A stretch of 64,000 bases of DNA from the NCBI GenBank assembly GCA_964016885.1, contig OZ024740.1, positions 306,218,001 through 306,282,000 of the forward strand, written 5' to 3'. Of this stretch, positions 44,297-57,765 are shown one piece after another. The translations under genes were made by a program, and so were the position numbers. This DNA is from Eledone cirrhosa. Lineage: Eukaryota. The notes beneath the pieces are model-generated. The model ran no database searches and was not told the DNA's origin. It saw only the letters and a program-made list of their open reading frames with translations. The number at the start of each line of letters is the position of its first letter. Position 1 is the first letter of the stretch.

Positions 44297-47025
44297 AGAT
44301 CGGCCCACGGAATAGGGCGGACACAGGTATACGTCACAGAGCAAACGCACGCACACATTTACGTTCGTCATCGACCAAACGTGTATGAACGTTTAGGTAC
44401 GTCATAGTTCAGACACAGATGTAGTTTATAAATATATTCACACAGATTATAGCATACACATTGTAAACATCCACATCTTGATGTTACAATCACCAGTTAG
44501 CAATGCGGATGACAGCACAACAGGTGTTCTTTAACGCAATCAAACGTCAATCAATGCATGCAGTGCGTGTGTGTACATTATACATATAGACATAAGCGCG
44601 TGCAATCTTACAGTTGTACATGATAGAAATTGATGAATAAACAAATATTATGTAGTAGACTATTTAAAGTAGCTAAGATCTGCTGTTATAATTTTGGAGG
44701 CTCCAACAGGAATGAAAATATCGTATATAAATAGGCTATAACAGTTGCAAATGTTATGGAAATATTTATTCTGTGAATGTAGTTTCTTACTTACATGAAG
44801 CATATATTCTATTTATTTACTTCTCTGTATCTTCCCAGTTAAAACCCCCGTCCAAACTCGACTTTGTCTTTCATTCTTTTCGGCTGAGACGATCAAGTAC
44901 CAATCAAACACCAGGGTTGGAGATCCAGCTAATCAAAAAATGTTGGCTTGTATTTTTATTATTAACACAATCGAGTGACTGAACACCGGGACTTTAAATT
45001 CGCTAGCGGCACATTCCTGGTAGTAACGTATGTTTCGCATCCAAAGGGCCACCCAATTGACTGACAAGACTGCACACACTTCAACACACCTAGGCTCACA
45101 GACGTTTCTCCTCTAATCGTTCAGCTTTTACTATCACTACTGCAACGGCCTCTGGCCCAACAGTCTCTCTCCTTACCCCATCCACTGTATCTCACACCTC
45201 GCCCACTACTATCAACTTCGCCAATCCCCCATACACGCACACATTTTTCCCACAGATGTTCAAGCTGAACCTAAACCGCAAATATCTCACCAGCATGCGA
45301 AGGTCATGGGCACTGTTAATGCCATAACTAAGTCATAACAAAATTAAGATATTGCAACAGATATGTTAACGATCTCGACCGATAATCACAGAATTTATAC
45401 GTCACTTAATTCATTAAACACCCCCAATAGACATGGGCATCATAATTCCTTTGCCTTCTGTAACTTGGACGTTTACAACTTTTAAGCTATTGCCCAGCCT
45501 ACGATTATATTAGGGTTCTTGATTGGAGTCATTTTACCAGTTGGAACCATTCGTACCTTCGACAAAAGGTTACAAATGTTACAAATTCCTATCGTCCTCC
45601 GCCTTTTCTTAATCCTAATAGTGGAAAACAAACATTTTTTTGTTAATATGATATGTAGCATAGAAAAAGTTCCCACGACAGTCGAATTTAACTTTTGCCA
45701 TGCTATTCCTGAAAGTATAAACGTCGCGTAATATTCATTCCCCTCTTCCTGAGACCATGACAACAAACCATTATATCGGTAGAAAATTTAGGGCACTGGA
45801 CAAAATGCTTTACAATATTTCATCTCCACGTTCTGAATTCAAATCATGTCGAAGTTAACTTTTCATCCTCCTGGAGGTTCATAAAGCAAAGTAACCAGAC
45901 CTCTCTGTCTCTTCGGTGCCAATATCATGAATATGATCAAAATAACTACCAAGGCGCCTTTATGTTGTCATAAGAGCGTTTAGAAATAGCAGCCAAAATC
46001 TACCTTAAATCAATACCATACAAACATAAAATAAGAAATCATATTCTGCTGTCTTTAAAAGGACACAGACTGATATAGTCCGAGATACTATTTTTGAAAG
46101 TTAAACAGGTCTTTGGCGTTGAGACTAAATAACAAATATTAGTGGAATTTAGAGTTTTCTCAATTAATTACGCTTTAAATAAAACCAAATCTTTTTTTTT
46201 TTAATGAAAGACGTTGGATAAGGTTTTCTCATACACTACCAACATAAAATTATGGTAAGGCTACGGCTGGACATTTCATATTATAGGATATATTGATTCA
46301 AAGATGACCAGGGGCTAAACAAAGTAAAAGTTTCGTGAATCAAGTCAGATGAAATCATCACATTACTACTACGACGACATATTTTTCATTAGAAGTTCTT
46401 AGCAGATGAAGAATGGCCTACACAAGCAACAACAATAATATAGTCGCTACTTTCGAAGAGAGAGAGAGGAAGAGAGATCTACTTAAAATACACACCACTA
46501 CCTACTTAGAGATAGAAAAAGTTAATTTTAGATTAGGACAAGATTCTTTAGGGGAGGGAGAAGACAGCCAAGCTGATGGATGAAGAGAAGAAATTGTGAC
46601 TTCCAGACTCCCCACTCCACTCTCCCAGAGTCAGCCGACGAAAACAAGGTTATAAATATATAAGACATTTCGGAATTTTAAGTGAAAAAAGAGTTAATAA
46701 ATAAATAAACCATCGTGTTAACCGGCTGATGGGGGACAATTTAGTTTGGGACATGTGAAAGTTGGTTAGGGAAAGAATTAATGATTCTGTTCAGGTAAGA
46801 TGAGTGACAATACATTGGCAAGAATGTGATGGAGCCATTTTACAGAGAGATATGAATATACTATATGTGTGTGTATTTATATATATTCATGTGAAGTGAA
46901 TTAACGAAGAGAAAGGAAAAACTCAATTTGCAAGAAAACAAAACGTGTAGAAATCAGGTGAGAATCAAAAGGAAAAGCTCAGGAATGTCGAAAGACAGAC
47001 ATACACTATGTGTGTGTGTACGCGC

Positions 47026-47056
<31 letters not shown>

Positions 47057-47546
47057 GATAGATAGATAGATATAGATATATATATATATATATCAACACA
47101 AAAATACAGGGTGTTAAATGACAATGTATAAATTACTCAGTATTGAGTAACTTTATAATTGCTTTAAAATTATACATATTTACTATAAATATCCTCCACC
47201 AACCGGCTGACACAATATATATATATATAGAGAGAGAGAGAAAGAAAGAGATATAGAAAGAGAGAACGTATACAATGTGTCTGTTCTTTAATATCGAGAA
47301 TGTGGCAATTAAAGTTTAACTTAAAATATCGACTAAGGTTTAAATACATAAATGTCATGAAGTCTTCTTCCGATCAGCGGTAACATATATAAGAATATCA
47401 TTTAGTATGGAGGAGTTAGTAGAGCGATAGTATATAAATATATATATAAGGTTAGAAGTAGCTTCTCGGAAGACATTCATGAAACAAGTGCTTAAAAACA
47501 AAGTTTACTATAGGCAATAAAGAAATAATAAACGAATAAAAGTTAC

Positions 47547-47556
47547 CTTTTGGCAT
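47547..47556 (-). CDS. Candidate first coding exon (MPK + G) with a 5' UTR extending to about 47800
   Basis: ATGCCAAAAG|GTAACT with an in-frame upstream TAA and a GC-rich ggcggcggcg UTR-like stretch. An alternative phase-2 reading, MEKSSFYSHLQFNNAK, is also open. Confidence 0.4.
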
Positions 47557-50500
47557 TATTAAACTGTAAGTGCGAGTAAAAACTACTTTTCTCCATTACA
47601 AGTCACAAAGGTAAGCAGAACAAAACTTCTATGACTAAATAACACGCATTCCTGACTTCTTTGTCCACGAAACCAACCTTGGGATCTCTGCTAAGCATTC
47701 TGGGAGTCCTCGCCGCCGCCACCATCAGCGCCTCTCTCTCTTACATTTAATCTTTCTCTCTTTCACCTCCCGTTCTCTAGCATATAATCTTTCTCTATTT
47801 CACCTCCCGTTCTTCGTCACTATCACTTGTAGAGCTTTCCTCCCACTTAATCACATACCTTACAGCCATTTTCTTGCACTTCTCTTCCTTCACTACTGTT
47901 TATTTCTCTTTTCCTACATCTTTCCCTCATATACAAATTTATCTACTGTCTCTTACTCCTCTTTTTTTAAATTTATTTCTCTCTCTCTCTCCAAATACAT
48001 AACTCTGTTTCTGTTCTTCCCATCACATATTTCTACTCAATCTCTATCCTCAAGTTTCACACACTGTCACACTTTCTTCCTATATATATCGTCACACATT
48101 ATAGCTAGTCTCATCAGTCTAACCACGCGCCCATCTTTTCATCATATACGCGTGCTTGTCATCGTCTGGTTTATGCAGAAACTTGACCGAATTACAAGGC
48201 AGAGGATACAATATGAAGAATAGTTGATAAAGATAGCTGCTTTGGTTACCGTTAAAACTTCTAATAAATGATGGTTAATGAAAAAAAAAAAGATGAAAGA
48301 GCAATATATTATTAAAATTCTTTGGCTCGTAACAAAGTGTGAAATGAATATATTTTCATAAATCAATGTAAACGCGAAGAGAGGGGAAAGAAATGAAAAT
48401 GTTATTTTCAAGTAAAATTTGTCCCAAATTATATTTATTAAAGATAAACATTATTTTATTATCATTTAACAAATATATAAGATTAAACATAAGTACATAC
48501 ATAATCAATTAAGTATTGCTAGTAACCTTATAAATTATAATACACATTCTTTCTGGTAAAGGGAATTGTTGATGCTAAAGTTTCCAAAATAGTGAAATAA
48601 GATCAATTGCTGAATGAGAAAGTTCAATAACAAGGAATAACAATGTTCTAGTTATTCTCTGCTCTTTGACTGAACTATTCGCGCCAGCATCATTAACTGG
48701 CTGCAGCATGGCATCGGCTGAAACTTCTATAGTAGTACTATGTTCCACCTGCGTGAGTATACAAATGAACCAAAGCAGATTTATATTATAGATTATGTAT
48801 ATTGTGTCTGAGAGAGATAGAAAAGTTGGTGCGAGTCTAAAGAGATACGGCAGTGCGGCAACGTTAAGTGGTTTTAGGTTTGCAGCAAGCCTCATTTCTG
48901 ATCTGAAATGAAAGCAACAACTGGTCACAGCGAGTAGCTCTCTACCTTCTGAAAATGTTTGCCGCTCCTCCTACTACAATCGCCCAAACTACTGCTACTT
49001 CTTCCTAGTAGGCCTCAGGGACTGCTTTATTTACTGCACGGGTAGGTTTTCGCCTCCAACTTTTTCACTTTAGGCTACTTGACGTTAAGAAGCTGCTGGA
49101 AAAGCTGAATTATTTCAAGCACCTGCTCATCTAGCAATGTTGGCGCTTGGTCGACGTCACTTGTTTTGTTGTTATACATTTACATCATCGAGTGCTTCCC
49201 CTTCCGCCGCCTTCTACCTTAGAAAGAAAAGTTTCTTTCGAACATCTGCATGCTTCTTTGCTACAGAATGCTACATTCGTTTCTTGAATCAACAACCAGC
49301 ATCCATAACACATTGTTAATGTATACGCTGGAGATATACGGCTGTTTTTAATATCGAGTGGAAGCGGTTACCGCATGTCTTCCATGTGCTGTAGTTGGAA
49401 GTCTGGCCTTGATTCTTGATTAATTCTTCGGCTTTTCCTTACGTATCTCACTTCTTTAAAATGTCTTTTTCCCTCAAAAGTATCATTACCTTTAAATGAC
49501 ATACATACGAAATATTTGCAAACCGAATCTACCTTGTGCTTTTGTCTACAGCTGCTATAATATTTATTTCATTGTAGCAAAAATCAATTTTACTCACATA
49601 GTAGTTTCGTGCAAAGCTTTCTATGTTTTAAATATCCGATATTTTTCTTTCTTCATATTGCTTAAATATTCATAAAAATTCTAATTTTTCTTTTTAAATA
49701 TATTTTGCCATGATATCCAGTTTGCAATTAAATTAACTTGCGTCTCTCCATATTTATAAAGCAACGTTATAGATAACCACTACGATAGCACTTGAAGATG
49801 ACCGTATGATGAAAAATCTCAGCATGCTTATTTATCCGTTCTTTAAATCGAGTAGTAGTAGTGACATTATATATAATGTGTGAGTTTGCAACGCTGTGTT
49901 ATCTAATTATGTTGCGACTAACTCGCACGTCCATTTCCTAATAGTAGTATATAAATATATTTAATAATGATTTAATTTATCGATTGCTAGATTTTGTTAT
50001 TATTATTGCCAGTCTGCGTTTGTTCAATCTATTGAACAAAAAATTAATTACCTTTCTTTTCAAGTTACGTTTGTCTAAAATATGTTACCCCTCTAATATC
50101 AGGATGCAAAGAAAGCTGTTATTTCCACGGATTGATGGCAATATGTTGTTAATATATAAGAAATATTTAAATTTGTCAAGTCCCTTTTCCAGCTGTACCA
50201 GCCTATATTTAAAGAAAACTACAGAAACATAACAAAACTGCTGGTTAAGTTGTCTTATTTGGTAAATGAAATATTAATTATGTGCTAGGCTTAGAAGGGT
50301 CTGCGATTATGAATGATGTGTTCTAGTCAATGTTTCGGACAATTTACGATTGCATCCCATTTTTCTCTCTCAACTGATATGTTTTTATGTTTGGTTTGGT
50401 TTGATTCATCATTATTATTCGTGACTTTGTACTAAAGTTAGAAATTATTATCAGGTCCTGCCGAATCTAGAAATCATCATTTGATGTTGCTAAGTCAACT

Positions 50501-53384
50501 TTCACTCCTCAGTGATTCATAAAATTAGTACCATTCAAATACTGAGCTTGATTAATTGAACTACAGCCCTTTCTCCAAAATGCGTGGCCTTCTGTCTGTT
50601 AAAAAGAAAAAAAAAATTATTGCAGGAATAGAATCTACAATTAATTTTAAAGGTGGATAATTGTGAGCAAGTTTATCTTGGATGAAGCTATTGGTGACAA
50701 GTTAACAGAAAGATCAATGTTTGGGGCCTGACAATCAGAAAATGAAGATCTCCAACCTACTTTATCTAAACTTTGCACTTTATAAGAGCATGCCTATCTT
50801 TTGACAGTACACTTCTTAGGTTTCAAATGATTATGTAACACACCTTCAAATGATGCTTATTTGATAGAGATTGTTGAAAACATTAAATACTCTTTGTCAT
50901 TCTACTGAATTCAGAATACAATGGTGTAGCCATTACATCACGGTAAAGACAAGATGGCCAAAGAGATAACAAGGCATTGGACTACTTGCTCATTGGTTGT
51001 GAGTTAGAAATGGTTCTAGGTGCTTCTGTTGTTTCTAAACACAAGTCTTTAATCTCTATTGCAGCAGTTCATCTAGCTGTCAGGAACAGGTATCAAATCA
51101 CATAGGAATGTTAACTAAGATACACTAATTACCTACCTAAAAGATTTGTTTCTCAACTGCTAAATAGAATGAGGGGGGGGGGGGGACAAGTGGACCATTG
51201 GGGTGTTCTCTGTGGGCTTTGCACCTTTTCAAATTGTATATGTAATATCAGGTATAATGTATATGTGGGCCACGCAACTTGAAGAATTAAAAGTGGTTGC
51301 TAATCTTTGGTTTAATGCAGTGAAACTAAAGTTAAACCGGAGTTCTTTAAATCCCTTTGATTTTAGAAAGAATTTACAGGCACTTTTAGGCAATTATGGA
51401 ACTTTACAGTAGGCACACCAAGCAGTTAGGACAGTTCTACATTTTTTCTTTACACTTCATCATGTCAATATGCTGGCAGAACTACATTACTGAGGAGTCC
51501 TTCTTTTAAGACTAACAGCTATGGTTTGAGGAAGATTTTGTTGCTGTTTCTAGTAGGTTGAAAGGGCTCTCTAGGTTGTTGATATTTTCTCACAAATGCC
51601 TAAAGGAAAGACAAACTTCACAAGCACTTTTTGTGTATTCCTTGAGGTTACAACCTTATCACACAATACATAGGATAAATAGGATCCAATGATGAGTTTG
51701 AAGCATGTTAAGGTATCTGCAAGCTAACCTCTGCTTTAGTGGGGAAAATGGCCTTAAAACAATTAAGTGTGTAACAGAGTAAGAATAGGGGTAGTGTAGA
51801 GAGTGGTTTTGGTGAGAGTATAGTATGCTAGGAAACTGAGTAATAGAAGAGACAGAGGATTCAGTTTGCTGGTGTGTAATATCATTGAGTGTGAACATGT
51901 GTGACTTCAATCCTCCTATATATGGTCTCCTGTTTATCTGTATTAAGATGTAGGGCTTCTGTTGCCCCATAGTAGGGTGTAGGACAATTTCTTTTCTGCT
52001 TATTAAAGAGCATATAATCTCTGTTGCTCTGTTTTACAGTAAGAGGTATTTATTATCCTATAATAAATTATAGGGATCATGTTGCCCTCTAGTGGTATAC
52101 TGTAGAATCTTTGTTACCTTATTTTGCATAGTTATCTATTTATATTTATAATTAATTTTGATTAAAATTTCAGAGTTATCTCCCCCGTCTTTATTAATTT
52201 GAATTGATCAAAGTGTTAATGATTCCTTCTTCTCACCACGAATGTCATTTTAATTAAGATTTCTTGGCTCACCATATTTAGTATGTTAACACTGCAAAGA
52301 TTTGTTCCTTCACAATTGTACACATGGAATCATTGATGTCACCACCCCATCTCTCGTCTCTGATACATCTGAATTCCCTAGAAGTACTGCTATCAGTTGA
52401 CCTTTCTACCTTGTTCCTTCTGCTACGATGTCTTTGAGCCTTTAACTTGCTACTTCTCTTGCTGCAGAACTGATCTGAAGATGTGTTAATTCTCTAATAC
52501 CATTCTCTTGACTTTTCTATGAAGCTAATTATTCCTACTTGCCATTTATATTTATATTTCCTGACTCTTCTGGCCTCTTAGAATAGATTAGCATATTTCT
52601 CTTTAGAAATCAAATAATACTTCAAATCAAATGAAGAAATTATTGTAATCTTTCTTTCTCTTTTTTTTTGTTTTCTTTCTGTTACCTTTTTTTATATTAA
52701 ATTTTCACACTGTTTATCTCTTTATTTATTTCTCCTTATCTGTTCAATTATTTTTCTATTTCCATTCAGTTTCTCTCCTGTCTCCATTTCATTCTGTCTT
52801 CCCTCCTTTTTATTATTATTGTTGTTTTGTTTCTTTTTTAAAATCTCTTTCTCCACCATCCTCCTCAGATTTGTCATGATCATAGTTTCTTCACTAGTTT
52901 TCCTAGCTTGCACAAATGGGTTAGTTTTAATGTTCTGTGTCTATTGATCTTGTATCTATCTATAACCTTTTCCTTCCCCACTGTATCCTCAAGCTTCACC
53001 TAATTTTATTATTTTAATCCTTTCCCTTCATCAAAGGAGGAAGGGAATTGTTCATGACCTTTTTAGGAACTCTGAGATTGATGGGAGGAAGGGGGAAAAT
53101 TATAAGACTAGAAGCCCCAGATACTTGTAACAGAGTAAACTTTGCTAAAAAAAAAAAACTCTCAAAGATCAGGAGGTGGTGTTAAACTGGACAACAGATA
53201 AAAACCACCCAAATAAAGGAATATTTCTTCCGATGTGCTTTCACCATATTAATTCTTTAGTCTACTATTGCCTCAAATACTTTACACCAGCAAGCCATGA
53301 CACCTTTTCAAATATTATATATTATATATTATTCATACATGTGGCATGCCTCTTCTATACTTACAGTAAAGTAAAGAAATGATT

Positions 53385-54395
53385 ATCCACATTTACAGTG
53401 TGGAACTGGATGGCAGCATTATGAGGATGAACAGGCCAGTTGGCTACGCTGTACCCTGCTCATAACAGGACCAGTTTACAGTATGGAGCTGAATGGCACT
53501 GTTATGAGGAGGGATAGGCCAGTTGGCCATGCCATACCCTGCTCACAGCGGAGCCATAGCTTGGGAGCCACCCCCACATTTACAGTGTGAAACTGGATGG
53601 CACCACTATGAGGAGAAACAGCCAATTGGCTGCACCAAGCCTTACTCATAAAAGGAGCCATGTTACTAGGTGGGCCTGCCATCAACAGCATTTACAGTGT
53701 GGAGCTGGGTGGCACTATTATGAGCACTGTCCAGGGTTGAGTTGTCGATGCAGGTCTTTTGTCATACGTTGTAACGTCAGAGGTTTCGGTCTTGTGTCAT
53801 CGTTGTTGGGAAGGTCAACTGAGCCAGGTCAGCCTTTATCGTTTCTTCCCACGTCTTCCTCTAGTGCCCTACACATTTTTATACAGCTGTAATCCTTCAT
53901 GCTCTTCACGTGTCCACACTGCTGCAGTCTTCTCTCCTGCATACATCATTTGATCCCTCTTATGCCCAGTTTCACTTTCAATACATTTACACTTTGCCGT
54001 TCATACACACTACTGTTACACCATCGGATCATGCAGACTTCATTTCTTTCCAATCTCTGTAGATCCTCGGCATGCGGATCCCATGTTTCGCTTCCATGTA
54101 GCATTGCTGAGCACACAGGCATCGTACAGCTAGCCTTTTATCTGGCAATTGTATTTTCTGCACAACCATCTCCACTGCTCATTTGGTTACCCAAATAGCA
54201 AAAGCTGTCAACTATTTCTATGAGGTCCTCTGTGCAATTGAAAGAGTTTGCTACCTGAGAGTCTTTGCTTACTGCCCCTGTGCAGGTCCTTATATGAAGT
54301 CTGTTTTTTGCTAGCCTACCTGTTTTCCCACTACATCTCTTGTTTACCCACAGTTTACATTTGGGACACTGGATTGAGTTTTTGCCTATTCCTTT
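53385..54395 (-). mobile_element. RTE LINE 3' portion: Cys-rich insert, RT C-terminus and tandem-repeat 3' UTR
   Basis: The - strand reads CRKGIGKNSIQCPKCKLWVNKRCSG, IVDSFCYLGNQMSSGDGC and AMLHGSETW..EDLQRLERNE. Repeats occupy 53385-53730. Confidence 0.9.
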
Positions 54396-54409
54396 CCTGC
54401 ATATATAAT

Positions 54410-54541
54410 GTTTCTACTTTTGGCACAAGGCCAGCAATTATCCCAGTGCATTACTGGTGCTTTATTTTATTGACCCCGTAAGGATGAAAGGCAAATCTAA
54501 CCTCGGCGGGATTTGAACTCAAAATGTAAAGGGCCATAACA
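54410..54541 (-). mobile_element. 5'-truncated SINE family A with a 14-bp TSD
   Basis: TSD cctgcatatataat at 54396-54409 and 54542-54555. Confidence 0.92.
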
Positions 54542-54599
54542 CCTGCATATATAATAATTATTATTATCTATGGCATGTATGTATTATCCTTTAAATTTA

Positions 54600-54737
54600 G
54601 TTGGCATTATGAAGGGCATCCAACTGTTGAAACCAAGCCGGAAACAGTTCTGTATGAGCAAGAAACGGTCATCTGATCAGGTTTGTTTCACAACTGGACA
54701 ACTCGTCCAACCCATGCTAGCACGGAAAAATGGACGT
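54600..54737 (+). mobile_element. RTE 3' tail
   Basis: gaagggcatccaactg ... tccaacccatgctagcacggaaaaatggacgttagacggtgatgatg. Confidence 0.85.
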
Positions 54738-55004
54738 TAGACGGTGATGATGATGATGGCATGTGTTTTTTGTATACATATGCTATGTATTATCCATACT
54801 CATGGCATGTCCTCTTCTATATAAAAAGTGTATTACCCATACTTCTGGCATGTCCCTGCTATATATATATACTATGTGTATTATATGTACATATGACATT
54901 GAAAGTGGATGTAAATGATGATGATGATAATAGGTTTCTTTTATACATGCACTGACATACATTTATATATACACTATCCACACATATGACATATTCTTTT
55001 TGTG

Positions 55005-55351
55005 TACTCTTGGGTCTCAACTGATCGCCGTCGTCGCCCTCCCTGCTTATTAGTTTTTCAGATTTTTTCCAACCACCACTGTTATTCCAATGCTCCTGTT
55101 TATTAAATTTTGCTCATCTATCTCTGGCAAAATTTTATTTTGATTTTCTTTATACATGATAAAAAAGTACATTACTAGAAATCCCATATGTTATAAAATT
55201 AATACGATAACTTGGGGGTCTCAATATGTAAACTAAACGACTAATTCTGGTTTTAAAAAAAAATCAACAGAGACAACCTAGAAAAATTACTGATTTTCCA
55301 ACTACCCCCAATTATCTCAACCCTCACCCTATTATTTGGAACCTGAGAGTA
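55005..55351 (+). mobile_element. Full Tc1/mariner-type MITE (TACTCT family)
   Basis: TA-bounded imperfect TIRs tactcttgggtctcaa / ttggaacctgagagta. Confidence 0.85.
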
Positions 55352-55671
55352 ATGATGAAATATACTTCCTAACAAATGTTTGTATGATTAATTTGAAGAA
55401 GTAATATGTCTTTATAATAGTTAACAGACTTAGCTGTGTAGCAGATGTTGCATGGTTCAACTGCTGTTGAAAAAACACCTTGTGTGATTGTATCAGTATT
55501 AATGAAAATATTTATGGAGTTATTATTTTCATGATTGTATTCTTCCACTTTTTTTTTCTTTTGTGAAACATTTGAATAATTTAGCTACCATTTGTTATCA
55601 GGAGCCATGGACTGGAATTGAGCTCATGAACTTTATTTCATGCAGGATTCCTTCAAGTGTATTGCATTTTT

Positions 55672-55870
55672 CATCATCATCATTTAACGTCCATTTTTCC
55701 ACGCTAGCATGGGTTAGACGAATCAGCAAGCCAGGTATGATGACCATATCTTGCTCATATATAACTGGTTTGGACTTGGTTTCTACAGCTGGATACCCTT
55801 CCTTATGCCAACCACATTTACAGTGTGCACTGTGTGCTTTTTGTCGTGATACATGACCACTTTACAGTTT
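55672..55870 (-). mobile_element. RTE 3' tail
   Basis: catcatcatcatttaacgtccatttttccacgctagcatgggttagacg. Confidence 0.85.
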
Positions 55871-55997
55871 GTCTTTATGAAAGGGATGTATCAAACTGTA
55901 TACTAGGGTCAGTTAAAAATATAATTCCATTTTGACCTTGTTTTAATGTAAGAAAACATTTTGCTTGTAAAAACAAATTTAGCTATTATCTATATAA

Positions 55998-56218
55998 AAG
56001 GATCGATCGACTTTCGTCAAATCGGACCAAGGAAACAATGTTTCCGTCGGTCTTTCCAGTTGCTAGTACTATCTATCGGTCGCAACTCCAGGTAGAAGGA
56101 ACAACGTGAAATAAAGTGTCTTGCCCAAGGACATAACGCATCGGCCGGTCCCCGGATCGAACTCACAACCTCATGATTGTGAATCCAATTCTCTAACCAC
56201 TCAGCCACACGCCTTCAC
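55998..56218 (-). mobile_element. tRNA-derived SINE, CpG-intact and probably young
   Basis: The - strand head has A box tggctgagtggtt and B box gagttcgatcc. It is related to the family C head but has a different 3' body. Confidence 0.85.
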
Positions 56219-56359
<141 letters not shown>

Positions 56360-57394
56360 AAAATAAATAAAAAAAACATGTATACATAGTGTGTGTGAAT
56401 TTATATATAATGAAATGAAACATCTGTATGAGAAATTAACTAGAATAGGACAGGGAAATATGATCTAATCAGAAAGATGTCAAAATTATCTAATTTATGA
56501 TTGGTGTGTTTATGTGTACATTTGTGAATGTGTGTTGTGTCACCCTCTGCAACACTCAGCTGTTTGCAATATAATGAGGACACTTGTGAGATAACCAAGT
56601 ATCACCAGATGCAGCAATGGAATGTTAATGGTCTCCAATTATGTAAACAGATTAATGACATCTTCGTTCTTATATCTCAGAGGAATTGATTTTTTTTTTT
56701 TTTTTTTTTTAGCTCTAAATTGGCAGGATTGTTAGAACATCAGACAAAATACCCTGGATTATTTATCCCACCATATTGCATTCTGAGTTAAAATGTTGAC
56801 ATGGTCAACTTTGCCTTTTATCTTTTCGGAGTTGATAAAATACTAGTTTAGGGTGGTGGACTGACAGAAGCACCATTAGAACTTCAGATGAGTATTTGTT
56901 CAGTTCTTTGCATTCTGAGTTCAACTCAGTTTAACACCACCACCTGGCTCTTGGTTGTCTTTAGTGGACTCCATTCCATTGGAAGCATTGTCTTCAGTTT
57001 GAGGATAACTTCATTCCTCCCTCCCACCAGTCTTAGATGCCCTAAAGAAGTAAAATGTCATTGGAAATTGTCCTTCTTCTGGACTAATCAATAAAAAAGA
57101 AAAGTACTTATGCACATAGTAATTCCACTTCAAACCAATGAGGGAGCTTCTACATGGTCACCCGACTTGCTAGAAATAGCAGTCAGATTTCCATCAAATC
57201 TTACTCTATCATCTTAAAAAAGAACACATTGTATAATGTGATACTGGGTTCCTTGCACATAAGAGAAAGACTATGGCTAGAATGCCTTTGACCACTGGCC
57301 TGTTTGATCACCAACCAACAACAATATGTCTTCCCCTATGCACTTGTATGTTCTATATATTATCCTTTATGGTCTTGAATGTGTGAACTAAACA

Positions 57395-57765
57395 TAATCT
57401 ATGATTAATAATATTGAGACCTTTCAAAACCATATTTCGAGGTTCACGACAAGCTACAAACTACTCAACCATATAAAAATTGTGCATCTACTAGAAGCTG
57501 TCAAACTAGTTCCTATAATCGGCATTATCAAAAGCAAAGACCTGAAGCTCTTTGGTCACATAAAACATTCACAAAAAGATCTTTCTAAAACATATATGAC
57601 TGATATGATTCAGGGTTTAAAAAATAGGAGTAGGCCACTGGTGAGACAATGTCTATAAAGGGTATTATATGAACTTAACAATACCACACAAAATAAGAAA
57701 CTTTGGAAGGAATTAAGTCATGTTTGTGTTTAATCTTCTACTGGTGGAGACAGTAAATAGTGATG
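57395..57765 (+). mobile_element. Decayed RTE-like LINE C-terminus
   Basis: IIKSKDLKLFGHIKHSQKDLSKTYMTDMIQGLKNRSRP resembles the LxxFGHxxR...GxRxRGRP motif. Confidence 0.7.

Larger units (their letters stand above)
39950..50450. promoter_or_regulatory. CpG-retaining block, putative unmethylated multi-promoter or intergenic region
   Basis: By eye, CG dinucleotides are common in unique sequence here and scarce in flanking unique DNA (not counted). ETS-like ACTTCCGG at 40160, CRE-like TCACGTCA at 42348, GCATGCGCA at 42655. Confidence 0.55.

Noticed and set aside
48708-48752. + strand MASAETSIVVLCSTC|GTGAGT as first exon of the 61.8 kb gene
   Set aside because: Phase 0 is incompatible with exon 61824 (it gives GAA TGG ACC AGC GTC ATT TAG) unless an unseen exon intervenes.
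53392-53715. CRISPR-like repeat-spacer array
   Set aside because: Eukaryotic context, degenerate repeats, homologous spacers of unequal length, no cas genes, and contiguous with an RTE LINE.
56145-56218. tRNA gene (similar heads at about 6840-6908 and 7148-7210)
   Set aside because: A and B boxes are present, but I could not fold a closed cloverleaf and each head continues into a SINE body.
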